In this document: one piece after another, positions 1 through 9,366 of the stretch
Layout of the letters: every line of letters begins with the position of its first letter
How positions within the stretch are numbered: the first letter of the stretch is position 1
Assembly (NCBI GenBank): GCA_963771175.1
Contig: CAVYSY010000039.1
Coordinates: forward strand, 352,001-416,000
Direction: 5' to 3'
Source: an uncultured delta proteobacterium
Lineage (GTDB): Bacteria; Myxococcota; Myxococcia; Myxococcales; Myxococcaceae
DNA length: 64,000 bases
Position numbers and translations under genes: made by a program
Notes under the pieces: model-generated
Databases searched by the model: none
Seen by the model: the letters and a program-made list of their open reading frames with translations, nothing else
What the model was told of the DNA's origin: nothing

Positions 1-741
1 GTGGCGGCCACGGAGGTACGCCTGCACTCGGGGCAGACGGTGAAGGTGTCCGACCTGGGCGCGGTGACGCCGGGAGCGCAGCGCACGTACCGGGTCGGCT
101 ACGTCCGGGGCGCGGACACCCCGGTGCCCACGGGCACGTACCTCGTGGATGAGACGGAGAGCATCCAGTACGTGGTGGACCCGGGTATCGGCGGCCGCAT
201 CACCACCTACGAGGGCCAGGCCCTCACCCGCTACCCCGCGCCCAAGGCACAGCTCTTCGCCCTCATCATCGACGGCATCCTCACCCGGAAGCTGCCGTGG
301 GACCTGGTGCTGGTGGGCGTCTTCATCGCGCTGATGCTGGAGTTGTGCGGAGTGTCCTCGTTGCCCTTCGCGGTGGGCGTGTACCTGCCCATCTCCAGCA
401 GCGCCCCCATCTTCGTGGGAGGCATGGTGCGCTACGTGGTGGACCGGGTGCGCGGGGGCGCCGCGGCCGAGTCCGAGTTCTCCCCCGGCACCCTGCTCTC
501 CTCGGGCTACATCGCCGGCGGCGCCATCGCGGGCGTGTTCATCGCCTTCCTGGAGATCGCCAGCGACGGCACCTGGACGCGCGCCATCGACATTCCGGGG
601 CGGCTCGGGGACACGCCCTTCTCGCGCTTCCTCCAGGAATCAGAGTGGTGGGGCCTGGGCTTCTTCCTGGTCATCACCGCCGTGCTGCTCCTCACCGGCC
701 TGCGGGGCGAGAGCGCCTCGCAGACCCGGCCCGCGAAGTAG
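1..741 (+). CDS. OPT-family oligopeptide transporter, C-terminal part (truncated by window edge)
   Basis: Multiple TM segments with OPT-like motifs PAPKAQLFA, LPFAVGVYLP, GTLLSSGYIAGGAI; TAG at 739-741. Confidence 0.8.
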   Translation: MAATEVRLHSGQTVKVSDLGAVTPGAQRTYRVGYVRGADTPVPTGTYLVDETESIQYVVDPGIGGRITTYEGQALTRYPAPKAQLFALIIDGILTRKLPWDLVLVGVFIALMLELCGVSSLPFAVGVYLPISSSAPIFVGGMVRYVVDRVRGGAAAESEFSPGTLLSSGYIAGGAIAGVFIAFLEIASDGTWTRAIDIPGRLGDTPFSRFLQESEWWGLGFFLVITAVLLLTGLRGESASQTRPAK

Positions 742-749
742 CCTGGTGC

Positions 750-1188
750 TCAGCGTTTGCTCATCGCCTCGAAGCGGCGGCGCATTCTCCTCCCCGCTGA
801 TGTCTTCCACGCGCGTCGAGATGAGCCACTCGTTGTCGAAGGGATCGCTGATCCGGCCGGCCCGGTTCCCGTACCACGTCTGCGCCACCTCCTCCTTCAA
901 CGTCGCACCGGCCTCGACGGCGCACCGCACGACCGCGTCGCAATCCTCGACGTAGAGCATCGCGTGGAGTTGCCGGACCGGCATGCCGGGCATCGCCTCA
1001 CCGATCACGAACCGCGAGTCGCCGAGTTGCAGCTCGGCCTGCAGGATCGTGCCGTCCGGCAGGGCGAAGCGCGTGCGCTCCTCGGCGCCGAAGGCGCGCT
1101 TGAAGAAGTCCACCGCATTGGCCGCGCCGCGCACACTCATGCCCGGCGTGATGGTCCGGTAGCCCTCAGGGATAGATCGCACCGTCAT
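750..1188 (-). CDS. VOC/glyoxalase (PhnB-like) family protein; one apparent frameshift near the 3' end
   Basis: MTVRSIPEGYRTITP...FFKRAFGAEE...DPFDNEWLISTRVED; removing one base gives the ending EEMRRRFEAMSKR*; GAGGAG RBS upstream of ATG 1188. Confidence 0.8.
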
Positions 1189-1548
1189 CCGCTCCTCCTC
1201 GCCGGCTCGTGAGAACGCCGTCCGGCTGAGGTGCTCCATGCCCCACGTCCCCGAGCCGGGTCACTCCACCGCGCCCGGAATCCGCGGCACCTCGTCCATT
1301 TGCTGGCAGAGCGGATGCTGGAACTACCGGCAGTGAACGCCGAGGCGCCCCGTGGGACAGGCTTGGGGCTTCATTCATGATATGTTGACTCCTGGTATTG
1401 GGTGAAGCACCGGGGCTCGAGCACAGCCCCTCCTCCCCGCCATTGCAGGAGCGTGCCCCTCCCGACAGGTCCAGGAGTCACGCAAGACGGGAAGAATCGG
1501 GGTAGACTGGACACCCCCCCTTCCTTCGCCCGAGCATCCAAGGACGTC

Positions 1549-3310
1549 ATGGCCCAGGCACAGACCGCCCGCAGCGCCGCCCAGGAACCCGCGACGGATC
1601 CCGCCGTACAGGAGAAGGTGGAGGCGGCGCGCAACTTCGCCTTCCACCTGCTCAAGGGCATCAAGCAGATCGGCATGTACCGCCACAACGAGGCCCGGTT
1701 CCCCGAGTTCCTCACCAAGGCCCAGGAGGCGCTCGACGCGTACACCGACGAGCACGGCCCGCTGTCGCTCAAGGTGGAGCAGCAGAACTTCATGCTCTAC
1801 GGCGAGCCGCTCTTCACCGAGGACACGCCGCTGCCCTACAAGTTCTTCCGGGACGGCATCCGGCAGCTCATCTTCCGCCCGGGCCTCACCGTCGAGGAGC
1901 TGGTGACCTTCACGATGATCGCGCTGTCCGACCCGGAGCGCGGCGCGGAGGACGTGGTGGCCCAGCTGTGGCAGTCCTCCCTGGAGCACCTCGAGTACGT
2001 GGTGGTCGAGGGCTTCAAGATGGACGAGTTCTCCGAGCGAGGAGGTGCAGGTCGAGGTCGACAAGATCGTCGACTACCTCTACGCCCGCCTCCAGACCAA
2101 CTCGGACGACTTCCTGCGCTTCGCCCGGGTGAGCGCCGAGGATCTGGACTCCAAGCTCGAGGGCGTGGAGCAGATCCGCGGCGCGGTGATCGCCGGCGAC
2201 AACGCCACGGACGACCTGAAGGCCAGGCTGCAGCAGGAGATCGCCGAGGAGGAGAACACCCGGCTCTTCCCCAAGCTGGTGAGCGCCATCTTCCAGGTGG
2301 TCGAGGGAGGCGTGGACGACACCGAGCTGCTCGAGGAGATGTTCGTCCAGCTCCTGGACGCGATGCTCATCCAGGAGGACTTCGCCATCATCAACCAGAT
2401 CGTCCTGAAGCTCCGGGCGATGGAGCAGCGGGACACGACGGGGACGCTCGAGCATCTGCGCGCCAACTTCGTCGAGAAGATGGGCGAGGAGCAGCGCCTG
2501 ATGCGCGTCGCCGAGGTGCTGCGGACGGCGCGTCCGAAGAACCCGGCGGACATCACCCGCTACCTCCAGGTGCTGGAGCCACCACCGTCGTCACCCTGCT
2601 CTACGTGCTGGAGACGATCGAGCTCCCGGAGAACCGGCTGCTGCTGTGCGACGTGCTGGCCAACTTCGCGCAGGAGGTGCCGCAGCCCTTCGTGCAGCGG
2701 CTGGAGTCGGAGCGGCCGCAGACCGTGCGCGACATGGTCTACATCCTCGAGAAGGCAACCACCCGGACCGGATGAAGATCTTCGGGCAGGTGCTGCTCAA
2801 CAAGAACCTCGCGGTGAAGCTGGAGGTGATGAACATCATCGCCCGCGGGCGCACCGGCGAGGCGCGCAGGCTCATCGCCGAGGCGCTGAACGACGCCGTC
2901 GCCCAGGTGCGCATGCTGGCGGCGCGGCTGCTGCCCGAGTTCGACCGCGAGAAGGCCTACGTGGACCTGGTGCGGCTGGTGAAGGATCCGAGCTTCGAGA
3001 AGAAGTCCAGGAGGAGCAACGGCCATTCTACACGGCCCTCGGCACCACCGGCCTGCCGGGTGCCATCTCGATGATGCTGCAGGCTGCTGGCGGTGAAGCC
3101 CTCGCTGTTCAACAAGGAGAAGGTGCTCGAGGACAAGCTGCTCGCGGTGCACGGGCTGGCGGGGCGTGCTCCATCCAGTCCTACAAGGTGCTGCAGGGCG
3201 TGGTCGAGGACAAGAGCCAGCCGGCCGAGGTGCTGGTCCGCGGCCCGCAAGGCGATGTACCAGACGAAGAAGACCCTGTTCGGCGACACGGCGACCACCA
3301 GGAGGCGTGA
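1549..3310 (+). CDS. HEAT-repeat-like helical protein (several apparent frameshifts)
   Basis: Continuous protein-like sequence pieced from ORFs 1402, 2045, 2646, 3093; HEAT-like segments (ALNDAVAQVRMLAARLL); AAGGA RBS before ATG 1549. Confidence 0.65.
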
Positions 3311-3313
3311 GCC

Positions 3314-4635
3314 ATGGCCGACAACCTCAAGATCACCGGGGACGGGACGAGAACGTCGACGAGTTCGGCCGCGGCACTCCGAGAAGCTGCAGACGTTGGC
3401 TCGCGGACTCGTGTCCAGCCTCTACATGCTGATCCGCTCGGTGAAGATGTACGACCCGGACAACGCGGTCTTCGAGAAGCCGCTGACTCCAGCTCCAGGA
3501 GCACCATCAACCAGATCATCTCCAAGGAGGGCCGGCTCGAGCTGGTGGGCGTCAAGGACTCGTTCTACCTCAACAACATGCTGGTGAAGGTGGACCTGAA
3601 CTCGCATCGACAACATGCGCTACCTGCTCGAGGAGATGCGCGGCCAAGGACGTGGGCGGCATTCACGCTGCTCAAGCCCGTCACGGTGCCGGAGCTGAAG
3701 AACTTCATCTGGATCTTCAGCAAGGAGCAGTCGACGGCGGCCGAGGAGGACGGGCTGGCGGGCCGCAAGCTGCTCAACATGAAGGTCGCCAAGTGGTCCA
3801 AGCTCAGGGAGAAGCTGGACAAGGACGAGCTGGAGAACCCGGACGAGCAGAAGGTCGACCGCAAGAAGTACGCGATGACCGTCTACGCCCGCGCGGTGTT
3901 CTTCCTCGCCAAGTACCTGGAGTCGGTGCGCGCGGGCAAGCCGATGAGCACCGCCAAGGCGCTGCGCATGGTGCAGGACTTCGTGGACATCTCCTTCGAG
4001 CAGAAGACGCACTTCCTCGGCATGACCACGATGAAGCAGCGAGGCGGAGTACCTCGTCTACCACCAGGTGAACGTCTGCCTGATGACCATCGTGTTCGGC
4101 GCGGAGCTGGGGCTGACCAAGCCGCAGCTGCGCGACCTGGGCTACATCGCCCTCTTCCACGACGCGGGCATGGCGACCATCCCGGAGGAGCTCGCCACCA
4201 AGCGCGGGGCGCTCAGCGCCGAGGAGAAGGCCGCTCATCCAGAAGGCGCCGCTCGTCTCGGTGCGCAACATCCTGCATGGAGAAGGGCTTCACGCCGCTC
4301 GACGCTGCTGCGGGTGGTGACGACGTTCGAGCACAAGGCGGACTTCGGCACCGCGGTGCGCGACGCCCGGGGCAACATCCAGATGATCATCCCGAAGACG
4401 AACCTCGGGGTGTACGCGAAGATCATCGCCATCTGCGACGCGTACGACGCGCTGACCTCGAAGCGGCCCTTCCGCGACGCCTACGGCCCCGAGGTGGCGC
4501 TGATGCTGATGTGGACCGAGATGCGCCACAAGTTCGACCCGGAGCTGCTCAAGGTCTTCATGCGGGTGATGGCGATCCAGCCGGTGAAGGTGCTCACCCG
4601 GCGGCAGCAGATCGATGACGCTCGGCGGGATCTAA
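3314..4635 (+). CDS. HD-GYP-like phosphohydrolase domain protein (frameshifted)
   Basis: ALFHDAG (HD), KIIAICDAYDALTSKRPFR, KFDPELL; starts 3 bp after the upstream gene's stop. Confidence 0.75.
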
Positions 4636-4745
4636 CCCCGCTCACCTGGAGAGCACCCGGCCTGACAGGCCCCAGGCCCCCGGATGCGCCCCTCGCCTCG
4701 CATCCCAGACAGACGCATCCCATCGTTCCCGCGAGGGAGCACACG

Positions 4746-5147
4746 ATGGAATTCGTCGGGCTCGTAACCCTGGCCGTGCGCTTCTTCGAGGCGGCGGGCG
4801 TGGGGGTGATGGTGGGAGGCGCCGTGTTCTCCGTGGTCATGGTCGGCGTGCGCGAACTCCGCAAGTCGCCACAGGAGGCCTACCGCGCGCTCCGGAATCG
4901 ACTTGGCGCTGCCATCCTCCTGGGGCTCGAGCTGCTCGTCGCAGCCGACATCATCCGCACCGTCGCCGAGGCGCCCACCCTTGAGAAGGTGATCGTGCTC
5001 GGACTCATCGTCCTCATCCGGACCTTCCTCAGCTTCACGCTCGAAGTGGAGCTCGAGGGGCGCTGGCCCTGGCAGCACGCACGGCCCCCCCAGCACAAGC
5101 GACTCCCGGAGGAGGAGGGAGGCAAGGCCGATCGGCCGCATCATTGA
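4746..5147 (+). CDS. DUF1622-type small membrane protein
   Basis: LGAAILLGLELLVAADIIRTV...LGLIVLIRTFLSFTLEVELEGRWPWQ; GGGAG RBS. Confidence 0.85.
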   Translation: MEFVGLVTLAVRFFEAAGVGVMVGGAVFSVVMVGVRELRKSPQEAYRALRNRLGAAILLGLELLVAADIIRTVAEAPTLEKVIVLGLIVLIRTFLSFTLEVELEGRWPWQHARPPQHKRLPEEEGGKADRPHH

Positions 5148-5236
5148 GCGCCTGCCCGCCCGTCCCCTCCTCCCTCGCGAGCAGGTGCAACCCCGCGGAG
5201 CGGCTCCCCACCTTCTGTCACGCCAAGGAGCCTGAC

Positions 5237-5809
5237 ATGAAGACGCTGACACGATGGGTGATGTGTACGTGTCTCCTGGGGAGCGGGGCCGCGCTGGCCG
5301 AGGGGCCCTACTACCTGCTGGGAGGCGGGGTGGAAGGATATACCGGCGCGCTCGCGTCCTCGGTGCAGCCCGGCGTCTCCTATGGAGCCGTGGTGGGCTA
5401 CAGGCTGCCCTTCGTCGGCCTCGAGCTGGGCTACAGCGGAGCCACCAGCGAGCTCGACGAGGGCACCGTCGGGGTGGAGCAGGCCAATGGAGCGGACATG
5501 GTGCGCAACGGCGGCCAGATCGCGGCCACGATTGGCATCACCTCCACGAGGGTCCAGCCCTACCTGTTGGGAGGCATCGGCATCGAGGGGTACCAGGTGA
5601 GCGGAGACGAGCTGGGAGGCTTCGAGAACGACACCAACGGGTACGTCCCCACGGGCCTGGGCGTGCGCTACCAGTTCGGCGAGGTCTTCGCCGCCGATGC
5701 GCGGGCGACCTACAACTTCGCCTTCGACCGGGAGTTCGCCCCGGTGCCAGCGGACGAGCTCTCCGACTCGCGATACCAGTTCCTGCTGCAGCTCGGCGGC
5801 AGCTATTGA
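5237..5809 (+). CDS. Outer-membrane beta-barrel (OmpA-like barrel) protein
   Basis: Signal peptide, alternating amphipathic strands, terminal aromatic residue (LQLGGSY); AAGGAG RBS. Confidence 0.7.
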   Translation: MKTLTRWVMCTCLLGSGAALAEGPYYLLGGGVEGYTGALASSVQPGVSYGAVVGYRLPFVGLELGYSGATSELDEGTVGVEQANGADMVRNGGQIAATIGITSTRVQPYLLGGIGIEGYQVSGDELGGFENDTNGYVPTGLGVRYQFGEVFAADARATYNFAFDREFAPVPADELSDSRYQFLLQLGGSY

Positions 5810-5824
5810 GCCCGAGGCGGGCCG

Positions 5825-6772
5825 TTACCGGCCGCGCAGCACCTTCAGCGCCGCGGTGAAGTCCGGAGGCAGCGGCGCCTCCACGTGCAGCACCTTGCCG
5901 GTGCGCGGGTGCGGGAAGGACAGCCTCCAGGCGTGCAGCGCCTGGCGGCCCAGCACCTCCTGCGCCTCCACCGCGAGCCCCTTCGCCTTGCGGCCCGCGC
6001 CGTACAGCGTGTCGCACAGCAGCGGGTGGCCGGCCTCGGCCAGGTGCACGCGGATCTGATGCGTGCGCCCGGTGAGCAGGTCCACCTCCACCAGCGCGGC
6101 GCCCTCGAACTGCTCGCGCACGCGGTAGACGGTGATGGCCGGCTTGCCCTCCTTCACCTTGCCGGTGAAGCGCTGGCGGTGCACCGGGTGGCGGCCGTAG
6201 AGCGTCTCGATGCGCCCCTCGGCCTGCTTCGGCTGCCCGTGCACCAGGGCGAGGTACGTCTTCTCCACCACGCGCGTCTTGAAGGACTTCTGCAGCGCCA
6301 CCAGGGCCGGCTCGTGCTTGGCCACCACCAGGCAGCCCGTGGTGTCCTTGTCCAGCCGGTGGACGATGCCCGGGCGCAGCTCGCCGCCCACGCCGGCCAG
6401 ATCCTTCACCCGGTGCAGCAGCGCGTTGACCAGCGTCCCCGACGCATGGCCCGCTCCCGGGTGCACCACCATCCCCGCCGCCTTGTCCACCACCACGAGG
6501 TCCCGGTCCTCGTGCAGCACCGCGAGCGGCAGCTCCTCGGCCACCGGGAGGGCCGGCACGGGAGCGGGAATCTGGAGGGAGAGGCGCTCGCCGCCCTTCA
6601 GGCGCTGGGCGGCCTTCGCGGGCTTGCCGTCGACCTGGACGTGACCGGCCTCGATGAGGCCCTGGATGCGCGAGCGCGTGAGGTCCGGGAAGACGCGCGC
6701 GAGGTGCTGATCCAACCGCTCGCCCCGGGCCTCGGGCGGGGCACGGTGCTCGCGCGCGTCGGGGGCTACCAA
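5825..6772 (-). CDS. rluD: RluA-family 23S rRNA pseudouridine synthase with S4 domain
   Basis: S4 domain (RLDQHL), VVDKAAGMVVHP, HRLDKDTTG, TGRTHQIRVH, QALHA. Confidence 0.9.
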   Translation of the reverse strand: MVAPDAREHRAPPEARGERLDQHLARVFPDLTRSRIQGLIEAGHVQVDGKPAKAAQRLKGGERLSLQIPAPVPALPVAEELPLAVLHEDRDLVVVDKAAGMVVHPGAGHASGTLVNALLHRVKDLAGVGGELRPGIVHRLDKDTTGCLVVAKHEPALVALQKSFKTRVVEKTYLALVHGQPKQAEGRIETLYGRHPVHRQRFTGKVKEGKPAITVYRVREQFEGAALVEVDLLTGRTHQIRVHLAEAGHPLLCDTLYGAGRKAKGLAVEAQEVLGRQALHAWRLSFPHPRTGKVLHVEAPLPPDFTAALKVLRGR

Positions 6773-7029
6773 ATCTTCGACTTCACGTGCGCCTTGGAGC
6801 GCAGGACGATGTCGTTGACGGCCCGCTCGAAGAAGTTCATCTTCGTGAAGATCTCGGGGCTGACGCGGCTCTTGTAGAGCTCACGACCCTCCTCGAGCTC
6901 CTCCTTGAGGACCTCGAAGAGGTTGTCCTGCTCGATGCCCTTGATGATCTTCTGCTCGTTGTAGAGCGAGATGTCCGAGGCGATCGCGCGGGCCAGCCGC
7001 ATGGCCTTGATCTTTTCTTCTTCAGTCAT
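6766..7029 (-). CDS. Conserved small hypothetical protein (87 aa)
   Basis: Strong GC3 bias, natural composition (RLARAIASDISLYN); overlaps rluD start. Confidence 0.8.
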   Translation of the reverse strand: MTEEEKIKAMRLARAIASDISLYNEQKIIKGIEQDNLFEVLKEELEEGRELYKSRVSPEIFTKMNFFERAVNDIVLRSKAHVKSKIW

Positions 7030-7109
7030 CCTGCACCTTTCTAAGCAGCACCCCCGGGGGTGTCAACTTCGCTGATACGCGAAGAGCACCCCCCTGGACG
7101 CCTCCAGAC

Positions 7110-8297
7110 TCAGCGGCGTTTCTTCTCGCCAGACGAGACGAGCGACATGTAGCTGCGCGACACCCGGAGCGGATCCAGCCCCAGCTCGCGCGCGATGCTC
7201 ATCAGCATGCCGCGCAGGTAGACGGCGGCGGGGAGGCCGTCGTAGCGGTCCGCCTCGATGTTCTCCACGTGCCGGGACGAGATGCGCGTCCGGTCCGCGA
7301 GCATCTGCAGCGACAGGCCACGGCCCTCGCGCACCTGGCGCAGCAGCTCGCCGTTGAACTCGGCATCCGACGGGATGTCGACGACCGTCTTGAGCCGGGT
7401 GCGCGAGTCGCGGGCCTTCCCCGCCACCTGGGCGAGCGCCGACTCGGCGGTGGCGATGGCCGAGGCCTGGGCCAGCACGGGAGCCTCGCCGAGCTGCTGC
7501 CCGGCGCTCGGGCGAAGAGGCCCCCTGCCCCGCTCCTGCGAGAGTGGAGGAGGCGTGCCGTTGGCGGCCTCGGACTCGGGGCGACGGTGGATCTCGGCCG
7601 CGGAGCGCAACGGAGGCCGGAGCCCATTGCGCGAGGGCAGCGGGGGCGGCACGGCCGTGCCAGGGCGCGACAGGGGCGCCGAGGGCCGGGCATGGCGGCT
7701 CACCCCCCTCGGAAGGCCAGGCGTCGCCGGAGGGGTCACCGGGGCGGCGGCGACCGGCTCGGGCACGGCCTCCGGCGCCACTTCGGCGGCCTCCACCGTC
7801 TCGACCAATTCAACCGCTTCCACGGTGTCGTCCGGCTGCGACGGGACCTCCGGGGGCCGCGCCTCGACCGCGGGCGCATCCTTCGGGGCGGACTTCACCT
7901 CGATGGCCGGCGGCTGAGCCGGGGCGACCTCCACCGGAGCCCGAGGCTCCCCTTCCCCGCTCGCGGACTTCGGCTCGGAGCTGGCTTCGGCCACGCGCTT
8001 CAGTCCCTCCGCGCGCAGACGGGCCACCTCCTCGTCCGACCGCGTCATGCCGATCGACCGATCGTACTCGAGACGCTTGTCCAGCTCGGACAAGGTCTCC
8101 ATGGCCCGCGTGAGCTGCTGGCGCAGGGCCTCGAGCTGCTCCGGATCCGCCAGGGTGTACACGGCGATGGAGTCGGGCGAGTACGTCTCCATCGCGCGCG
8201 CGTAGGCGTCGAGGATTTGATCCTCGGAAGCGGAGGGCGAAATCTCCAGGAGCTCGTAATAGGACTGCTGCTCGAAGTGCTTCATGGTGGAGCTCAT
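7110..8297 (-). CDS. Protein with J-domain-like N-terminus, Pro/Ala linker and C-terminal XRE/RodZ-type HTH
   Basis: YYELLEISPSASEDQI..AY....YSPD; C-terminal GELLRQVREGRGLSL..LADRTRIS..HVENIE...LPAAVYLRG. Confidence 0.8.
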   Translation of the reverse strand: MSSTMKHFEQQSYYELLEISPSASEDQILDAYARAMETYSPDSIAVYTLADPEQLEALRQQLTRAMETLSELDKRLEYDRSIGMTRSDEEVARLRAEGLKRVAEASSEPKSASGEGEPRAPVEVAPAQPPAIEVKSAPKDAPAVEARPPEVPSQPDDTVEAVELVETVEAAEVAPEAVPEPVAAAPVTPPATPGLPRGVSRHARPSAPLSRPGTAVPPPLPSRNGLRPPLRSAAEIHRRPESEAANGTPPPLSQERGRGPLRPSAGQQLGEAPVLAQASAIATAESALAQVAGKARDSRTRLKTVVDIPSDAEFNGELLRQVREGRGLSLQMLADRTRISSRHVENIEADRYDGLPAAVYLRGMLMSIARELGLDPLRVSRSYMSLVSSGEKKRR

Positions 8298-9316
8298 CCC
8301 GTTACCCCATCGAGCGCCAGCAAGCGATCGGCGATGCCCTGCAGACCGATGGCGGCCGGAGAGTCGGGCCGTTCGAGGATGATGGGCCGTCGCTTGCGCA
8401 CCGCGCGCCAGGCCTCGTCGTCGTAGCGGATGGCCCCGAGATCATCCATCTCCAGGCCGAAGAACTTCTTCCACGCGGACACCACGGCGGAGCCCACGTT
8501 CAAATCGCCCTCGGAGCGCGCCTGGTTGAGCACCAGCTTCACGCGGAAGGTGGCCAGCTCCTTCTCGAGCCGATCGGCGAGCACGGGGTTCTGCTGACGT
8601 ACGTGCTGGATGATCTGATACGGCGTGCGCGCGGCGCCCTCTCGGGTGGACAGGGCGTTCTCCACCAGCCGCTCGATGCCGTACTGCGCCTCCACCTGCT
8701 GGAGCCGCCGGTAGAAGGCGGCCTTGACGAAGCGGTAGGCGTTCTCCACGGAGGTGGGCTCGGGCAGCAGCACCAGCAAGCAGTGGTCGGCGATGATGAA
8801 GAAGTCGAGCGTGTTGAAGCTGGAGCCCGCGCCCAGGTCGAGGATCAGGTAGTCCACCGACTGGGTCTGCAGGCCGCGCAGCAATCGCTGCTTCTGGGCG
8901 TACTTGATGTTGGCCGCGTCCAGCACGTCCAACGCGCCGGCGATCAGCGACAGGTTGGGCACACCGGTGGGCACGATGACGTCCTCCAGCCGCGCCTTGG
9001 GGCGCAACATGAAGTCCGACAGCGTGGCCGTGGGCTGGCCGACACCGAGACAGGTGTGGAGGTTGGCGCCACCCAGGTCCGCATCCACCAGCAGCACGCG
9101 TTGACCGCGATGGGCCAGCGCGACGCCGAGGTTGGAGGAGACGAGTGACTTGCCGATGCCGCCCTTCCCACCTCCCACCGCGATGATGCGGTGGGGGCGG
9201 GTCCGTGCACCGAGCCCCTGAGAATCGGGGTCCGGGCGCACGGCCCCGCCCGAGGACTGCGCGGGCGGGGACGAACGAGCGGGTTGCGACGCGGAGGAGG
9301 GGTGCACGGGATTCAA
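8294..9316 (-). CDS. MinD/ParA (FlhG/FleN-like) ATPase; start uncertain
   Basis: Deviant Walker A GGKGGIGKS, VDADLGGANL, ILDLGAG, PEPTSVENAY. Confidence 0.85.
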   Translation of the reverse strand: MNPVHPSSASQPARSSPPAQSSGGAVRPDPDSQGLGARTRPHRIIAVGGGKGGIGKSLVSSNLGVALAHRGQRVLLVDADLGGANLHTCLGVGQPTATLSDFMLRPKARLEDVIVPTGVPNLSLIAGALDVLDAANIKYAQKQRLLRGLQTQSVDYLILDLGAGSSFNTLDFFIIADHCLLVLLPEPTSVENAYRFVKAAFYRRLQQVEAQYGIERLVENALSTREGAARTPYQIIQHVRQQNPVLADRLEKELATFRVKLVLNQARSEGDLNVGSAVVSAWKKFFGLEMDDLGAIRYDDEAWRAVRKRRPIILERPDSPAAIGLQGIADRLLALDGVTG

Positions 9317-9366
9317 GGCACCCGTATCAAAACCTGTCCCGCGCTCCGCGTCGACTCCCTGGCCAA

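Noticed and set aside
1303..1320. Sigma54 -24/-12-like site CTGGCAGAGCGGATGCTG
   Set aside because: GG-N10-GC spacing fits, but the match is partial, lies about 230 bp from the next gene and is likely by chance at this GC content.
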